A model generated the notes under the pieces. The model was not told the DNA's origin, ran no database searches, and saw nothing but the letters and a program-made list of their open reading frames with translations. A stretch of 64,000 nucleotides of DNA from Mytilus edulis. Lineage: Eukaryota. Both the position numbers and the translations under genes were made by a program. Location of the stretch: positions 26,288,001 through 26,352,000 of the forward strand of contig NC_092347.1 of assembly GCF_963676685.1 (NCBI RefSeq). The letters are read 5' to 3'. Positions 1 through 12,270 of this stretch are shown here, one piece after another. Position 1 is the stretch's first letter, and each line of letters opens with the position of its first letter.

Positions 1-511
1 TATGATACACAGATTAACACATGACTTCTCAATATCAGCCAATTTATAATCTCTGGACCATGACAACCCAAACCCTAGGCTTACACCTCAGGCTGATATG
101 ATAAATGAGTCGGTATGGAATATGTATCATATATCAATTTGTATATAAATTCTAAATCAGTACTATGGAACAAAGTCTAGTGATAATACTGAAAAATAAA
201 AAAAGCCTAACAGTTCATTATAGATTGCCAAGAAAACATCTAGTTTGAAAAATGGTTTTACCATCCTTGGATTTGCAAACATAGAAATAGGTCTGACAGT
301 GCAATTTTGGATTTGAACCCTACCACTTATGTTGTATTAAACATACCTACATAGGTAATTTTTGGCCAGAAGGGCGATGTTTAAGTAGTCAACCACTGTC
401 AATATTCTATATGTTCTTTTTATAGTACATCAGAACAGCTGTTAACATCTGGGTTTGAAGGATGTTTTAAACATATATCTAAAATATCCATGTAAAAAAA
501 TGACTGATTAC

Positions 512-2231
512 CTTGCTGTCTGAATCTTCTGAGATTACACCAGAACAATTCTGCATTTGTGAACCTCCCTCTGAAATTAAAAACAGAATTAAATATCAAC
601 CTACTAAATTCTATATATATCATTATGTGCACATATTCTGCACACATCCTGCCTGTTGTTATTAGATATAAGACTACTTTTATAACTAGGTTACCTCTAA
701 TACTTTTTTCTAAGGACACATCAATCCCCATTACACAATGGTTGGGCGACACATTTAAGATTGTTCCTTCAATGGTTCAATGAAGAAGAACAGTTTGAAA
801 AATGTAGTTCTTAAATGCAACAAAAAAACCAACAAAACCGCTTGTCAAATATATTATCTTTGAATATCATGGTAAAAAAAACAAATATTTTTTACGATGA
901 AAATAGAACACTCCTGAAATGCAGTTTCACCAGACCATTTTGTTAAAATATCAGGATGCCAGATAAGTGTTATAACCTGGAAATGATTGTGTAGACAAAG
1001 GGTCTATGACAATGACAGAATCACAGCTTAATACTTGCATTAATACATATACACTATATTATGATAATATGATTGTGAATTTTTAGAAATCTTTATTTTG
1101 GTACAAATGTAACATCTATAACAACTATGATCTGTTACTAGACATAAAAAAAAAAATCCACTGATTTGGATAAAATTATAAATAATCCATCTTTGGTTGT
1201 AATTCTTTTGCAATCTTAAGATCTACAAATTAAATACAATTGTAACCTAAGATTAGAAAGAATCAAGCATCAATTTACACACTGCACATAATCTTAGGCA
1301 AGCTGCATCAATAAATCTGCTATGTACATGAAGAGAAGAGTTTAAAACAGGATTGTAGTTATACAGTGAGATACCAGAGATAAATCCATTTAGCCCTGAT
1401 GGCTGACAATCTTTCTTGAGAGAGATAATCCATATAGCCCTGATGGCTGACAATCTTTCTTGAGAGAGAGAGAGAGCCAGAGATAATCCATATAGCCCTG
1501 ATGGCTGACAATCTTTTTTGAGAGAGAGCATGTTAATACAATATACAGAAGGAATGTATGACAGTACAGTGATTTACAATGATATAGGAATGACTTACAT
1601 TGTTGTTCTAACTGTGCTTATGATGACATTAAATATTAAAACATGGCATCAACATAAAGAAATATATATATATATCAATCAATCAATCATTCATACAATA
1701 CATACATTTCTTACATCACTTCTACATGACATTCATCTTTCTTTGGTTATACATGTACAGCTATTGGGACCTTAAATAAATCTAAATTATTTAATATCAA
1801 CAACATTGACATGTGCTGTATCTTGAATATTGAAGTAAAACATACTAGTTACTGCTAAAAACGCTATGTTAACATTTTTAGTTAATTAAACTTATTTAAT
1901 TATACTGACCATGAAACGTCCTCCTCCTTGTGCTTTCTCTTAAATCATAAAATGGAGATCCTCTCTGATTAGGTGATGTTCTGTGTGTTGGTGAAACTCG
2001 CTGAGATGGTGAAGTTCTATCCGGTGAACTTAAATGTGGACTTAAATTTAAAATTGGTGGACTATGTGGACTAAAGAAATCTTCATCGTCTTGTATACTA
2101 TGTAAATGGTCTAATGTTTCATGTGCATAATAAGTATCTGATGCTCCCACTAGTGCTCCAGGAGATTTGGGTAATAAGTGATGATAATGCTGAAATATTT
2201 GTGCATCTTTTTGAGGTGCTGCCACTGGCAT
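512..2231 (-). CDS. Unidentified Ser/Pro-rich protein, N-terminal coding exons; gene probably continues off the left edge
   Basis: Acceptor ttttttaaag|GTTC (exon edge 2242), ATG at 2231. Probable donor CATG|gtcagt (exon edge 1910, phase 1) joins in frame to a 59-bp exon 570-512 (ttttaatttcag|AG...CAAG|gtaatc), reading ...RRRTFHEGGSQMQNCSGVISEDSDSK. If the 1910 donor is unused, the ORF ends at 1896 (111 aa). Upstream non-coding exon donor AAG|gtaaga near 4536. Product not recognised. Confidence 0.55.
1375..1528. repeat. Three tandem copies of a ~45-60 bp unit ending in (GA)n
   Basis: AGAGATAATCCATATAGCCCTGATGGCTGACAATCTTTCTTGAGAG repeated three times with variable GA tract. Confidence 0.9.
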
Positions 2232-4689
2232 TATATTTGAACCTTTAAAAAAAAGAAAACATTTTTGTTAAAAAAATATCTACCTGCAACTTTCAATTAA
2301 AAGATACACTTATTGTTTAAAGTGTTAATCTCAGTTTAAGATGTATCATCTTATTGGTTGCGCCCTATGCATACAATATATGCCCGTCTTCTGAGCTGCA
2401 TATATACATTACATCTCCAGTCTGTATAATTAAGATAAGACAAGCCAAGTTCATTGAAACAAAGGTGCACATTATCTATGATGAACAATCAAAATATAAT
2501 AAACAAAAGTATATGATTTATAATGATTGATATATGTACACCAGTATACACTGAATATGGACCTTAACTACAAGGAATGCATTGGACTGTAAAAACCTAT
2601 AATGAAAAACTTGTATGGAAAACTATAACTAAGTATTACATGTAGATAGACCATGAGACCATAGATAGGTCATTGGACCATAGATAGATAATAAACATTC
2701 TCATACATAGAGTGAAACTAGTTTTGTGTGAAGAGCATTCAACCCTCATCTTAATATCTTTATGAATGAAAACCTATGATAAAAATTTAAATGTTTTATT
2801 TATTTAATTTGTAGAAGAGAATACCATAGTAAATGAAGTCATTGTGTAATATATGAATACCTGAAAACAATCCTTCCTAATTTATTTCAATCAGTTAAAA
2901 TACAAATCCTGTGTCCAAGCTTATCTTACAAGGATCTGAAAGTGCTCTGTTTACTATTGGTTTTTAAAGACTTTTGGTCTCCTTTGATTTTGTCAGATAA
3001 TACACACCTTTGAATGCTTAATTTTGCATTCTAATGAAATAACTAAACATGAACATCACATGGCGACACATGTTTGTCTGCTGTGAACCAAAAAAGTCTT
3101 AAATTTTCTTTAATATTAGAATCAAAAAATTTGTTTATGTCATGCTCTATTCTCATTTTACCATGATCAACTGAGCATTATATTTGTCAATATTTACACC
3201 TCACAAAACGCTCTGTATAAAAATATTGACAAATTTATTAGTTAATATAAGCATAGAGTATGCCATAATATAATTATTTCTTAATTTGCTAAAAAAAAAG
3301 CAGCTGCATGTTTTACTGAACAACTTATCAAGTCTTGTAAGACTGACCAACACCACAAACAAATTTGTGATTATGGGACTTCCAGGTGCTACAATGTATT
3401 TACAAGTCCCCATGAGGGACCTCAAAATATAATACATACATGTATCATTGTATTAATAAACTATTTGAATATGATCTGGAACTGTTCATCATTTTCTATC
3501 AGTTTATATTGTACACAATTCCTTAAAATTGTGTGAATGATAATTGATTTATTCTAGTACACTAATAACTATCATGTCCAAAACTTTTTAAAGCTGCATG
3601 TCACATTGAATGTGTGACTACATGTATGTCTCTGTAATTCAAAGATTTGAAAGACCTTTGTGAATTATTCAAAAACAAATTATGTATGCATGATACCTCA
3701 ACCACTGGTTTCATATTAAAACTCGCAGGTGTTGGTGCCATGTTTTAGAATTATAAGTATGTACCAGTAAAAAAAATGAACCAATTTTTGTGGACTAGTT
3801 AATATAGTTTTAGTCAACTATTTGCATTTCCCTGTCCATGTTTAATATCACATAACCTATAGAATAGGCAATATGTGCAAGCTGACAGCCTTGCTATTGC
3901 ATTCTATAGATTGCATGTGCAGTCAGTTTCCTGCACAATTTAGAAGAAAAAAATATAGAACGATACCAGTCTTCTGGCACAGTGTATCCAATAACAAAAA
4001 CATCTGTGATATAAGCTCATTTCTTAATCAAAATTCTTATTTCCTATATATTAAGCCTGGGAACAGTATGTCTATATATTAAGCCTGGGAACAGTATATC
4101 TATATATGTTCCTGATTAAGCCAAGGATTTACATTACTAAGTTAAAAATATACACCTTTTAATTAAAAAACTGACAGACCTAGGGCTAGGTGTTAGGAAA
4201 TTAGAATGAACTTTTTCAATTGGTGAAATTCATTTAGTATTAAATTTCCAAATTTTACATTAAATCAGTAGGAGCAAAGTGAAAAATTGTAAAAATAACT
4301 TCTTGGGTGATTTTAAATTTACATCTCTGTAGACTGGTCTGTATTTATGCAGTTTATTCCATGCTCATACTTAGTCTACAACACATATTACACTCGTTTA
4401 TACATTAACATGTGTATAAATATATGTACACACACACATACCAAGTACACAAAGTTATTCGGGTAAAGAATAAAGTTTCCCACTTTAATTACCTCTTCTA
4501 ATATCGTTTTTTATGTCGAAAATTCGTTATCTTACCTTAAAATGTATGTTTCTCCTTTATTCGTCTTTTAACAACACCAGGGACATGCACAGATAATGAA
4601 ATTTTAAATTTTCTAACTGAACACACACGCACGGAGCTGTAAAGCTTGGTGTCTACTGTACACACGTCGATATGAGTTGATTCCCCGCC

Positions 4690-5000
4690 TACTGCTATGA
4701 CGTCACCGGAAGTATTTTAATGACTTTCGATTTGTGTGATTTTTTCTGTCATTTCTCTCAATTTTTTACACTTTCATACCGTTTTACTTTTATTGCAGTT
4801 ATTAAGGTATAATTCTTGTTTCTTATTTTATTGAAAAAAGGCGTTTCACTTCTTACAATGATCAAAATACTTGGCTAAAAACACAAATAACAAACAAATG
4901 AATAAATCTATAAATAGAAAATAAATACCGAGATTTTTACCAATTGACGTCAAGATTTATATCACATGACATTTTGTACTTCAATGATTGGCTTATTAGA
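4690..5000. promoter_or_regulatory. Bidirectional promoter with two full CRE sites, ETS site, E/M-box and CCAAT box
   Basis: TGACGTCA at 4698-4705 directly abutting CCGGAAGT (ETS) at 4706-4713; second TGACGTCA at 4945-4952; TCACATGAC at 4962-4970; ATTGG at 4987-4991. Lies between the divergent 5' ends of the minus-strand gene and PNRC. Confidence 0.65.
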
Positions 5001-5294
5001 TATCCTTGGTTCGACTTTGACAGGGAGAAGCGGAGAAGAAAGGCGATTTGTAAACAAGACATTTTTATTTTAAATTTATAGACTTATTCGTGAATATTTC
5101 AGAAGGAGAAAGTTGTTACGGACTTGCTTGTGAACCGTTTAAAACGTTATTTCTTACGAAAAGGGTTTCACACGGCGGATAACAAGAAAGAATTCTTGTT
5201 CTTTGTGATCGAGATTGTTGACAGTTAGTGACTCGACGCCATATTTGTGTTTGTTACACTTTTGTGAAAGAAAATTTCCAGAACAATCGATTAG

Positions 5295-5669
5295 ATGACT
5301 GTCTCAGATATGATACGCCAAAACGAAGAAATGTTAGATGGACAGTTTCACTGTAGGCTTGAGAAGAGAAACAATAGACAAGTGAACAAAGATTGTCAAA
5401 TGCGCTCTCCATTGAAATTCATATCGAGGAAGACCCCGTCGCCAAAGTTGGGTAGCATAAACGAACATTTCGAGACAAAAGTTCAAAATGAAATGGTACA
5501 TCCCAACACAGTTTATGCTGGTGCTAAGTTTTCAGAACCACCATCACCTACAGTGCTACCTAAACCACCAACGCATTGGACACAAAGATGTGCGACAAAC
5601 AGTCTTCCTTTTTGTAACGATATGGCTTTTCAGTTAAAAACAATCTTGAAAGTTCCAGTAGAAGCATAA
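5295..5669 (+). CDS. PNRC2: Proline-rich nuclear receptor coactivator (PNRC family), single coding exon, 124 aa
   Basis: Diagnostic PNRC motif YAGAKFSEPPSPTVLPKPPTHW and C-terminal LKTILKV (LKxLLKV-like). The invertebrate gene is probably co-orthologous to PNRC1/2. Confidence 0.92.
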   Translation: MTVSDMIRQNEEMLDGQFHCRLEKRNNRQVNKDCQMRSPLKFISRKTPSPKLGSINEHFETKVQNEMVHPNTVYAGAKFSEPPSPTVLPKPPTHWTQRCATNSLPFCNDMAFQLKTILKVPVEA

Positions 5670-7864
5670 ATTCATATGCATTGATTTTAGTTTGGACATT
5701 CCAGAATTTTATTTTTTCATCATAAATCAATCATTCATAGTCACAACAGTATTGAATTTCGTGCAAGAAGTTTTTTTTTTGTAATGTGATTTTGTTAAAT
5801 GTTTTATTGTATTTTTATGTGGTTATAAACCGATTTAAAAATTTCTTTTTACAAACTAGGTTTTAAACTCAGAACTAAGTTTTCTTTCTTTTAAACAAAC
5901 CAGAATTTAATAGTATGTATCAAGAGATATAAAAAAAAACTTCGATATTTATATTTATAAAAAAAATATTAACTTATTTAGATATTGATACTTCATTTTG
6001 CATGTAATGAAATATGAATTGTCAATTTAATTTAAAAAAAAAAAAAAATAAGACAATTTTATTTATAATAATACATGATTTTTAGTACATGTATTTTTAC
6101 TTTTATATGAAATAAAATATTTGTATAATAATATTTTTATTTTGTAAAAATCCTTGATACATAATATTAAATAAAGAATGGTTAATGCTAAGACTGATAA
6201 ACAAATTATTTTGTGTAAATAGTTAAAATTGTATATAAAATTGATGTAAATTGCAGGGTTCTTAATATATATTTTTAATGAAAGTGCAATAGTCATATTT
6301 TAAAACATGATAACAAGAAAATTGACATTTCAAGTAGGAAGATTACCAGAATATAGATCATTTTAAAAAGAAATGATACATGTAGGATATTAAAGCAGGC
6401 AAGGGAAAAGAAAAAAGTATTTTATTTTTGAAAGAATAAAAAATATTGTAAGAGTTGTGTAAACATAATTGAATCTTTTTTCAAAGTTTTAAAAAGAAAG
6501 TTGATCGTTTAATTTTAGACTTTTAAATAGGTACATAAATTTTAAATAGAAAATAAGAAATTGTAAAATGAAAATGAACAAGCACTGTAATATAGTCAGA
6601 TTTTTTTTTAATAGGGTTATATTTTTAACAAATTACCATTTTTTATAAGGGCTGAAAGGAATTTTTGGGGCTTTGAATAAGTTAGGAAAAATAGATATTA
6701 AGATATACTAAGGAGAAAAACTGCTTTTTGTATCAAGAACATATTCCTGTATATTGGAAGTTCAGTGAAAGAACACCAACATTTCCTGAAAGAAATTGAA
6801 GTTCAGGAAAAGAAAATGACAATTTTAGCTACAAGCAGAGTGAAGAAATGTGAATTTTCTGTCAACATGTACATGAACACTGCAGTCTACATCACCATGA
6901 TAATAATATCAGTCTCAGCATCAACCATACCAGTCACCAATAGAGCTTCTTCCTTCCACCTTTTAGGACCCTCTTTAGGGTCCGCCAAATTACTCAAAAA
7001 GAGTCTAAAATTGTTGTACATCAGAGTTATCAGTATTTGTTGTTGAATTTTTTCTGCCAAACAAACAGTTCTTTCTAAGTGTTGAGCTTCAATGAGAGTT
7101 GTAATAGGATTATAACCTTCATAACGCATAACAGTAAAAAATATTGCCAATTGACGTTTAACAGTAATTTTTGGTACATGAATATAAAACTTTCACTTTG
7201 AATTTCTTTAAGACAAATAAAGAATTGACTAATTTAGACAAAAATCACTTTTATTTTTTCCTAAAATAAAAGTAAAGATAATTATTTGAGACCTCTGATT
7301 TATCAAGATAAGGATATTTAGAGGAATTATAGTAAAATGTTAACCAATTTGATACTTCCTGTCCATACATGTACATATATGTAGCTGAAAATGACTACAT
7401 TTGAAAATGCCTGTACCAAGTCAGGAATGTGACAGTTGACCATTTATTGTGGTTTGTCATTTGATTTTGTCATTGATTAGGGAATATAGGATTAAATTTT
7501 CCTCTGATTTCTTTTTTTTTTTGTGATTTGACATTTTGACACCTTACGTTAAAGGGCATTCTACCCTCCTTCAGTGCAATCAAAAAATTAATATTTAAAA
7601 AAAACTTTTGATATGCTCATAATTGGAAATGAGGTATTGCCATAACATTGGAGTCTGTCATTTACTCATTGTCCATTTTTTTTTTTTTGTCTACCCTGGC
7701 TGAAAGAATCTGCAAGTGTGAACTACATGTATTGTCATCAGTTACTACTTAACCCCTAGCCCTATATCATCATCTGAAACTACAAGATAAATAGCAATGG
7801 CGATTTGCCTGCCACCCGTTTTTGGTTGATTATTAAGTTGGTCCCCACTTGAGGTGTAAAGTGG

Positions 7865-10800
7865 GGTAACTGCAGTAGTATGTAGGGTGGTAACAACAGT
7901 ATTGTGTAAAGTAGTGGTAACAACAGTGGTATGTAAGGATTCAGTAACAACAGTAGCTGCGGAACCGTAGCTCTTAGGTCCTTATGTTATTTTTTGACTA
8001 TTTGCAGGGTCCGCAAATAGTCAAAAAATAACATAAGGACCTAAGAGCTACGATTCCGCAGCTATAACAACAGTTCAGTGTATGTAAGGTAGTGGTCACA
8101 ATAGTAGTATGTATGGCTTCAGTAGCAACAGTTAAGAGTGAACAGTTGTGGTAACAAAAGTAATATGTAAGGTTGTAGTAACAACAGTAGTTAGTAAGGT
8201 TGTAGTAAAAACAGTGGTATGTAAGGTTGTGGTAACAACAGTGGTATGTAAGGTTGAAGTAACAACAGTGTTTTGTAAGGTTGTAGTATCAACAGCAGTA
8301 TGCAAGGTTTTGGTAACAACAGTTACTGTAGTATATAAGGTTGTAACATCAGAAGTAAGTAAGGTTGTGGTTACATGAAAAGAATGTAAATTGGTTGTAA
8401 CAATAGTGGTATGGAAGGTTGTGGTAACAACAGTGGTATGGAAGGTTGTGGTCACAACAGTATTATGGAAGGTTGTGGTAACAACAGTCAAATGCAAGGA
8501 TGTGGTAACAACAGTAGTATGGCTGGTTGTGGTAACAACAGTAGTAGGGAAGATTATGGTAACAACAGTAGTATGTTAAGTTGTGGTAACAACAGTAGAA
8601 TGTAAGGATGTGGTGTCAACAGTAGTAGGGAAGGTGGTAGTAACAACAGTTTTATGTAAGGTTCTGGTAACAACAGTTGTAATGTATGTTGGGTTTGGTT
8701 ACAACAACGGTATGCAAGGATGGTGTAACAACAGTAGTATATAAGGTGATGGTAACAACAGTGGTATGTAAGGTTGTGTTAACAACAGTTGTATGTTAGG
8801 TTGTGGTAACAACAGTGGTATGTAAGGTGGTAACAACAGTTGTATGTTAGGTTGTGGTAACAACAGTGGTATGTAAGGTGGTAACAACAGTAGTATGTAA
8901 GGTTGTGGTTACAACAGTAGTATGTAAGGTTGTGGTAACAACAGTAGTATGTAAGGTTGTGGTAACAACAGTAGTATGTAAGGTTGTGGTAACAACAGTA
9001 GTATGTAAGGTGGTGGTAACAACAGTGGTATGTAAGGTGGTGGTAACAACAGTATAATGTAAGGTGGTGGTTACAACAGTAGTATGTTAGGTTGTGGTAA
9101 CAGTAGTAGTATATAAGGTTGTGGTAACAACAGTAATATTTAAGGTGGTGGTAACAACAGTAGTATGCAAGGTTGTGGTTACAACAGTAGTATGTAAGTT
9201 GTGGTAGCAACAGTGGTATGTAAAGTTGTAGCAACAACAGTGGTATGTAAAGTTGTAGCAACAACAGTGGTATTTAAGGTTGTAATAACAACAGTAGTAT
9301 GTAAGGTAGTTGAAACACCAGTAGTATGTAAGGTTGTGGTAGCACCAGTAGTATGTAAGGTTATGAAAACACCAGTATTATGTAAGGTGGTAACAACAGT
9401 AGTATGTAAGGTGGTGGTAACAATAGAAATATGTAAGGTTGTGGTAACAACAGTAATATGGAAGGTGGTAACAACAGTAGTATTTAAGGATGTGATAACA
9501 ACAGTAGAATGTATGGTTGTGGTAACAACAGTAATAGATAAGGTTGTGGTAACAACAGTAATATGTAAGGTTTTGGAAACAATATAAGTATGTACGGTTG
9601 TGGTAACAACAGTAGAAGTTAAGCTTGTGGTAAAAACAGTAGTATGTAAGCTTGTGGTAACAATAGTAGTATGTAAGCTTGTGATAACAACAGTAGAATG
9701 TATGGTTGTGGTAACAACAGTAATAGATAAGGTTGTGATAACAACAGTAATATGTAAGGTTTTGGAAACAACATTAGTATGTAAGGTTGTGATAACAACA
9801 GTATAATGTAAGCTTGTGGTAACACCAGTAGTATGGAAGGTTGTGGTAACAACAGTAGTATGTAAGGTTGTGATAACAACAGTAGAATGTATGGTTGTGG
9901 TAACAACAGTAATATGTAAGGTTTTGGAAACAACATAAGTATGTAAGGTGGTGGTAACAACAGTAATATGTAAGGTTGTGGTAACAACAGTAATATGAAA
10001 GGTGGTAACAACAGTAGTATGTTAGGTTGTGGTAACCCAGTGGTAAGTAAGGTTGTGTTAACAACAGACGTTTGTAAGGTAATTGAAACACCAGTAGTAT
10101 GTAAGGTTGTGGTAACAACAGTAGTATGTAAGGTTGTGGTAACAACAGTAGTATGTAAGGGTATGGAAACACCAGTATTATGTAAGGTTATGGTTAAATT
10201 AATAGTATGTAAGGTTGTAGTAACAACAGTAGAATGTAAGGTTGTGGTTACAACAGTAGTATGTAAGTTGTGGTAGCAACAGTGGTATGTAAAGTAGCAA
10301 CAGCAGTGGTATTTAAGGTTGTAGCAACAACAGTAGAATGTAAGGTTGTGGTTACAACAGTAGTATGTAAGTTGTGGTAACAACAGTGATATGTAAAGTT
10401 GTAGTAACAACAGTGGTATGTAAAGTTGTAGTAACAACAGTAGTATGTACGTTGTGGTAACAACAGTGGTATGTTAAGTTGTAGTAACAACAGTAGTATA
10501 TAAGTTGTGGTAGCAACAGTGGTATGTAAAGTTGTAGCAACAACAGTGGTATGTAAGGTTGTAGTAACAACAGTAGAATGTAAGGTTGTAGTAACAACAG
10601 TAGAATGTAAGGTTGTGGTTACAACAATAGTATTTAAGTTGTGGTAACAACAGTGGTATGTAAAGTTGTAGAAACAAAAGTGGTATTCAAGGTTGTATTA
10701 ACAACATTGTTATGTAAAGTTATGGTAACAACCGTGGTATTTAAGGTTGCGGTAACACAGTGGTATGTAAGGTTACGTGATGTAACAACAGAAGTTTGTA

Positions 10801-10922
10801 AAGTGTAGTAAAAGAAGCATTATGTTATGTGTGGTAACAATAGTAGAATGTAAGGTTGTGTGTGGTAACAACAGTAGTATTTAAGGATGTGGTAACAACA
10901 GTGGTATGTAAGGTTGTGGTAA
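7865..10922. repeat. ~27-bp minisatellite, left part (GTAACAACAGTAGTATGTAAGGTTGTG)n
   Basis: About 3 kb of degenerate 24-27 bp tandem units; explains all the VVTTVVCK / YYCCYHNLT / ILLLLPQP ORFs. Confidence 0.97.
7954..8064. mobile_element. Fold-back palindromic insertion (MITE-like), 52-bp arms, TA at both ends
   Basis: 7954-8005 is the reverse complement of 8013-8064 with one mismatch; 7-nt loop AGGGTCC; it interrupts the minisatellite. Confidence 0.75.
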
Positions 10923-10937
10923 TGTAAAAGTCTACAA

Positions 10938-10949
10938 TGGCGCCCACGT
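10938..10949 (+). other. Primer binding site, tRNA-Lys-like
   Basis: TGGCGCCCACGT one base after ...CTACA; resembles the tRNA-Lys(CUU) PBS TGGCGCCCAACGT with a 1-nt gap. Confidence 0.7.
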
Positions 10950-12270
10950 TAATGGTTTATTCCAAGGATGGATCTTCACAGTGGAAGCTGGAATGATTTA
11001 AATTTTGTATTAAATATTACTTGCTGATATTTTATAAATTGATTTATAAATGTAAATTTGATTTTATATATTCAGTTTGTGAATATTGAATATGGCCTGA
11101 AAGTATGTTAGTACATTTGTATATCTGATTGGTATTATTTGATTAGATACTAAAAAACTTGAATTTGTAACAGAAGAAGACTCTTATATCTTGAATTGAA
11201 CATTTGATAGATTATTGCATAAACTTTGGTTAATTTGTTTGTATATTGTGTATCTTGTGTAGATAATTATTGTTTTATTAAACTTATTTATTTTGAAACC
11301 AGTAAATTTTTTTAAATTACTTTATTGAAAACTTATTCAAATTTTTTTTTATTTTGAATTCTTTTGGAATTTATTCTGAGATTTAACTTAATGTTTTGGA
11401 ATTTTTCTGAAATTGGATAATTACAGTTTTTGGCATTAAAAGTAGTTTGATAAGTAAAATTGTACATTCATAGATTTGAAGGTAGTTTCAGTTTGCATAC
11501 TGAATATAGTATTATTATATAATTGTAACTTATAGTTTGACATTTGTAATTATAATACAAAGGTCATTGTTAAATAAAGATTTCCCTTTGAGAGAGAGCT
11601 ATCCCATCCCCATAGCACACACACACACATACTCATATTTAAAAAGAGACAAGGTAAGATCTACCAAATGAACACAAGTTAGTACAAGGAACTCTATGAG
11701 ACATTAGCATCATTAGTTGAATACATAGTAGGTATACTCAGTACTCATTAGGTACATAGATAGTAGATTGGAGTTAGGTAGTTAGTGTTTTACATCAGTT
11801 TGGGTATGTAAGTTTAGGTTAGTAGTGTTGGTATATACATAGGTGCATATATAGAAGTACACTGTTGTAAGTATAGTACAAGTAGTATTTGTTTCTTACA
11901 GCAGATAGGATACTGTAGTAAAGGTTAGTATAGTGCATTGAGTTTAGTTGGTGTTGTATTGTCAGTCTATTGGTTGGTTGAGTTTTGCTTTGGTTAGTTG
12001 TTTGGTGGTTTGACATATGGGTTAGGTTATAAGCCTAACATATCTTCAAGGTAAATCAGGTATTATATATATATGTGATCACACAATGGTAGGTATTCAG
12101 TTTGTGTGATTGAAGATACAGTGACCGACTGGTGAGTGATACTTATATATATACTTTTCACATTGATATTAATCATTTTTTTAAATTGCAGGTACATTAA
12201 TTAATTTGTTGATTTATTCAATCTCTTTCAGAAAAATTATTACATTAAGGTAAGTATCAGGATAAGCATC

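Noticed and set aside
420-783. 110-aa and 74-aa ORFs at the left edge
   Set aside because: Non-ATG starts and no motifs; only the internal 59-bp segment 512-570 has exon-like splice signals.
6765-7150. Overlapping 93-aa and 87-aa ORFs downstream of PNRC
   Set aside because: Non-ATG starts and no recognisable motif; more likely 3' UTR or intergenic sequence.
8132-10677. Many ORFs rich in VVTTVVCK / YYCCYHNLT / LLLLPQP
   Set aside because: Translations of the 27-bp minisatellite in all frames, with frequent stops and indels; no single maintained frame.
7865-10922. CRISPR-like array
   Set aside because: Units are contiguous with no unique spacers, there are no cas genes, and the context is eukaryotic. 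The same applies to 58401-59590 and 60388-60770.
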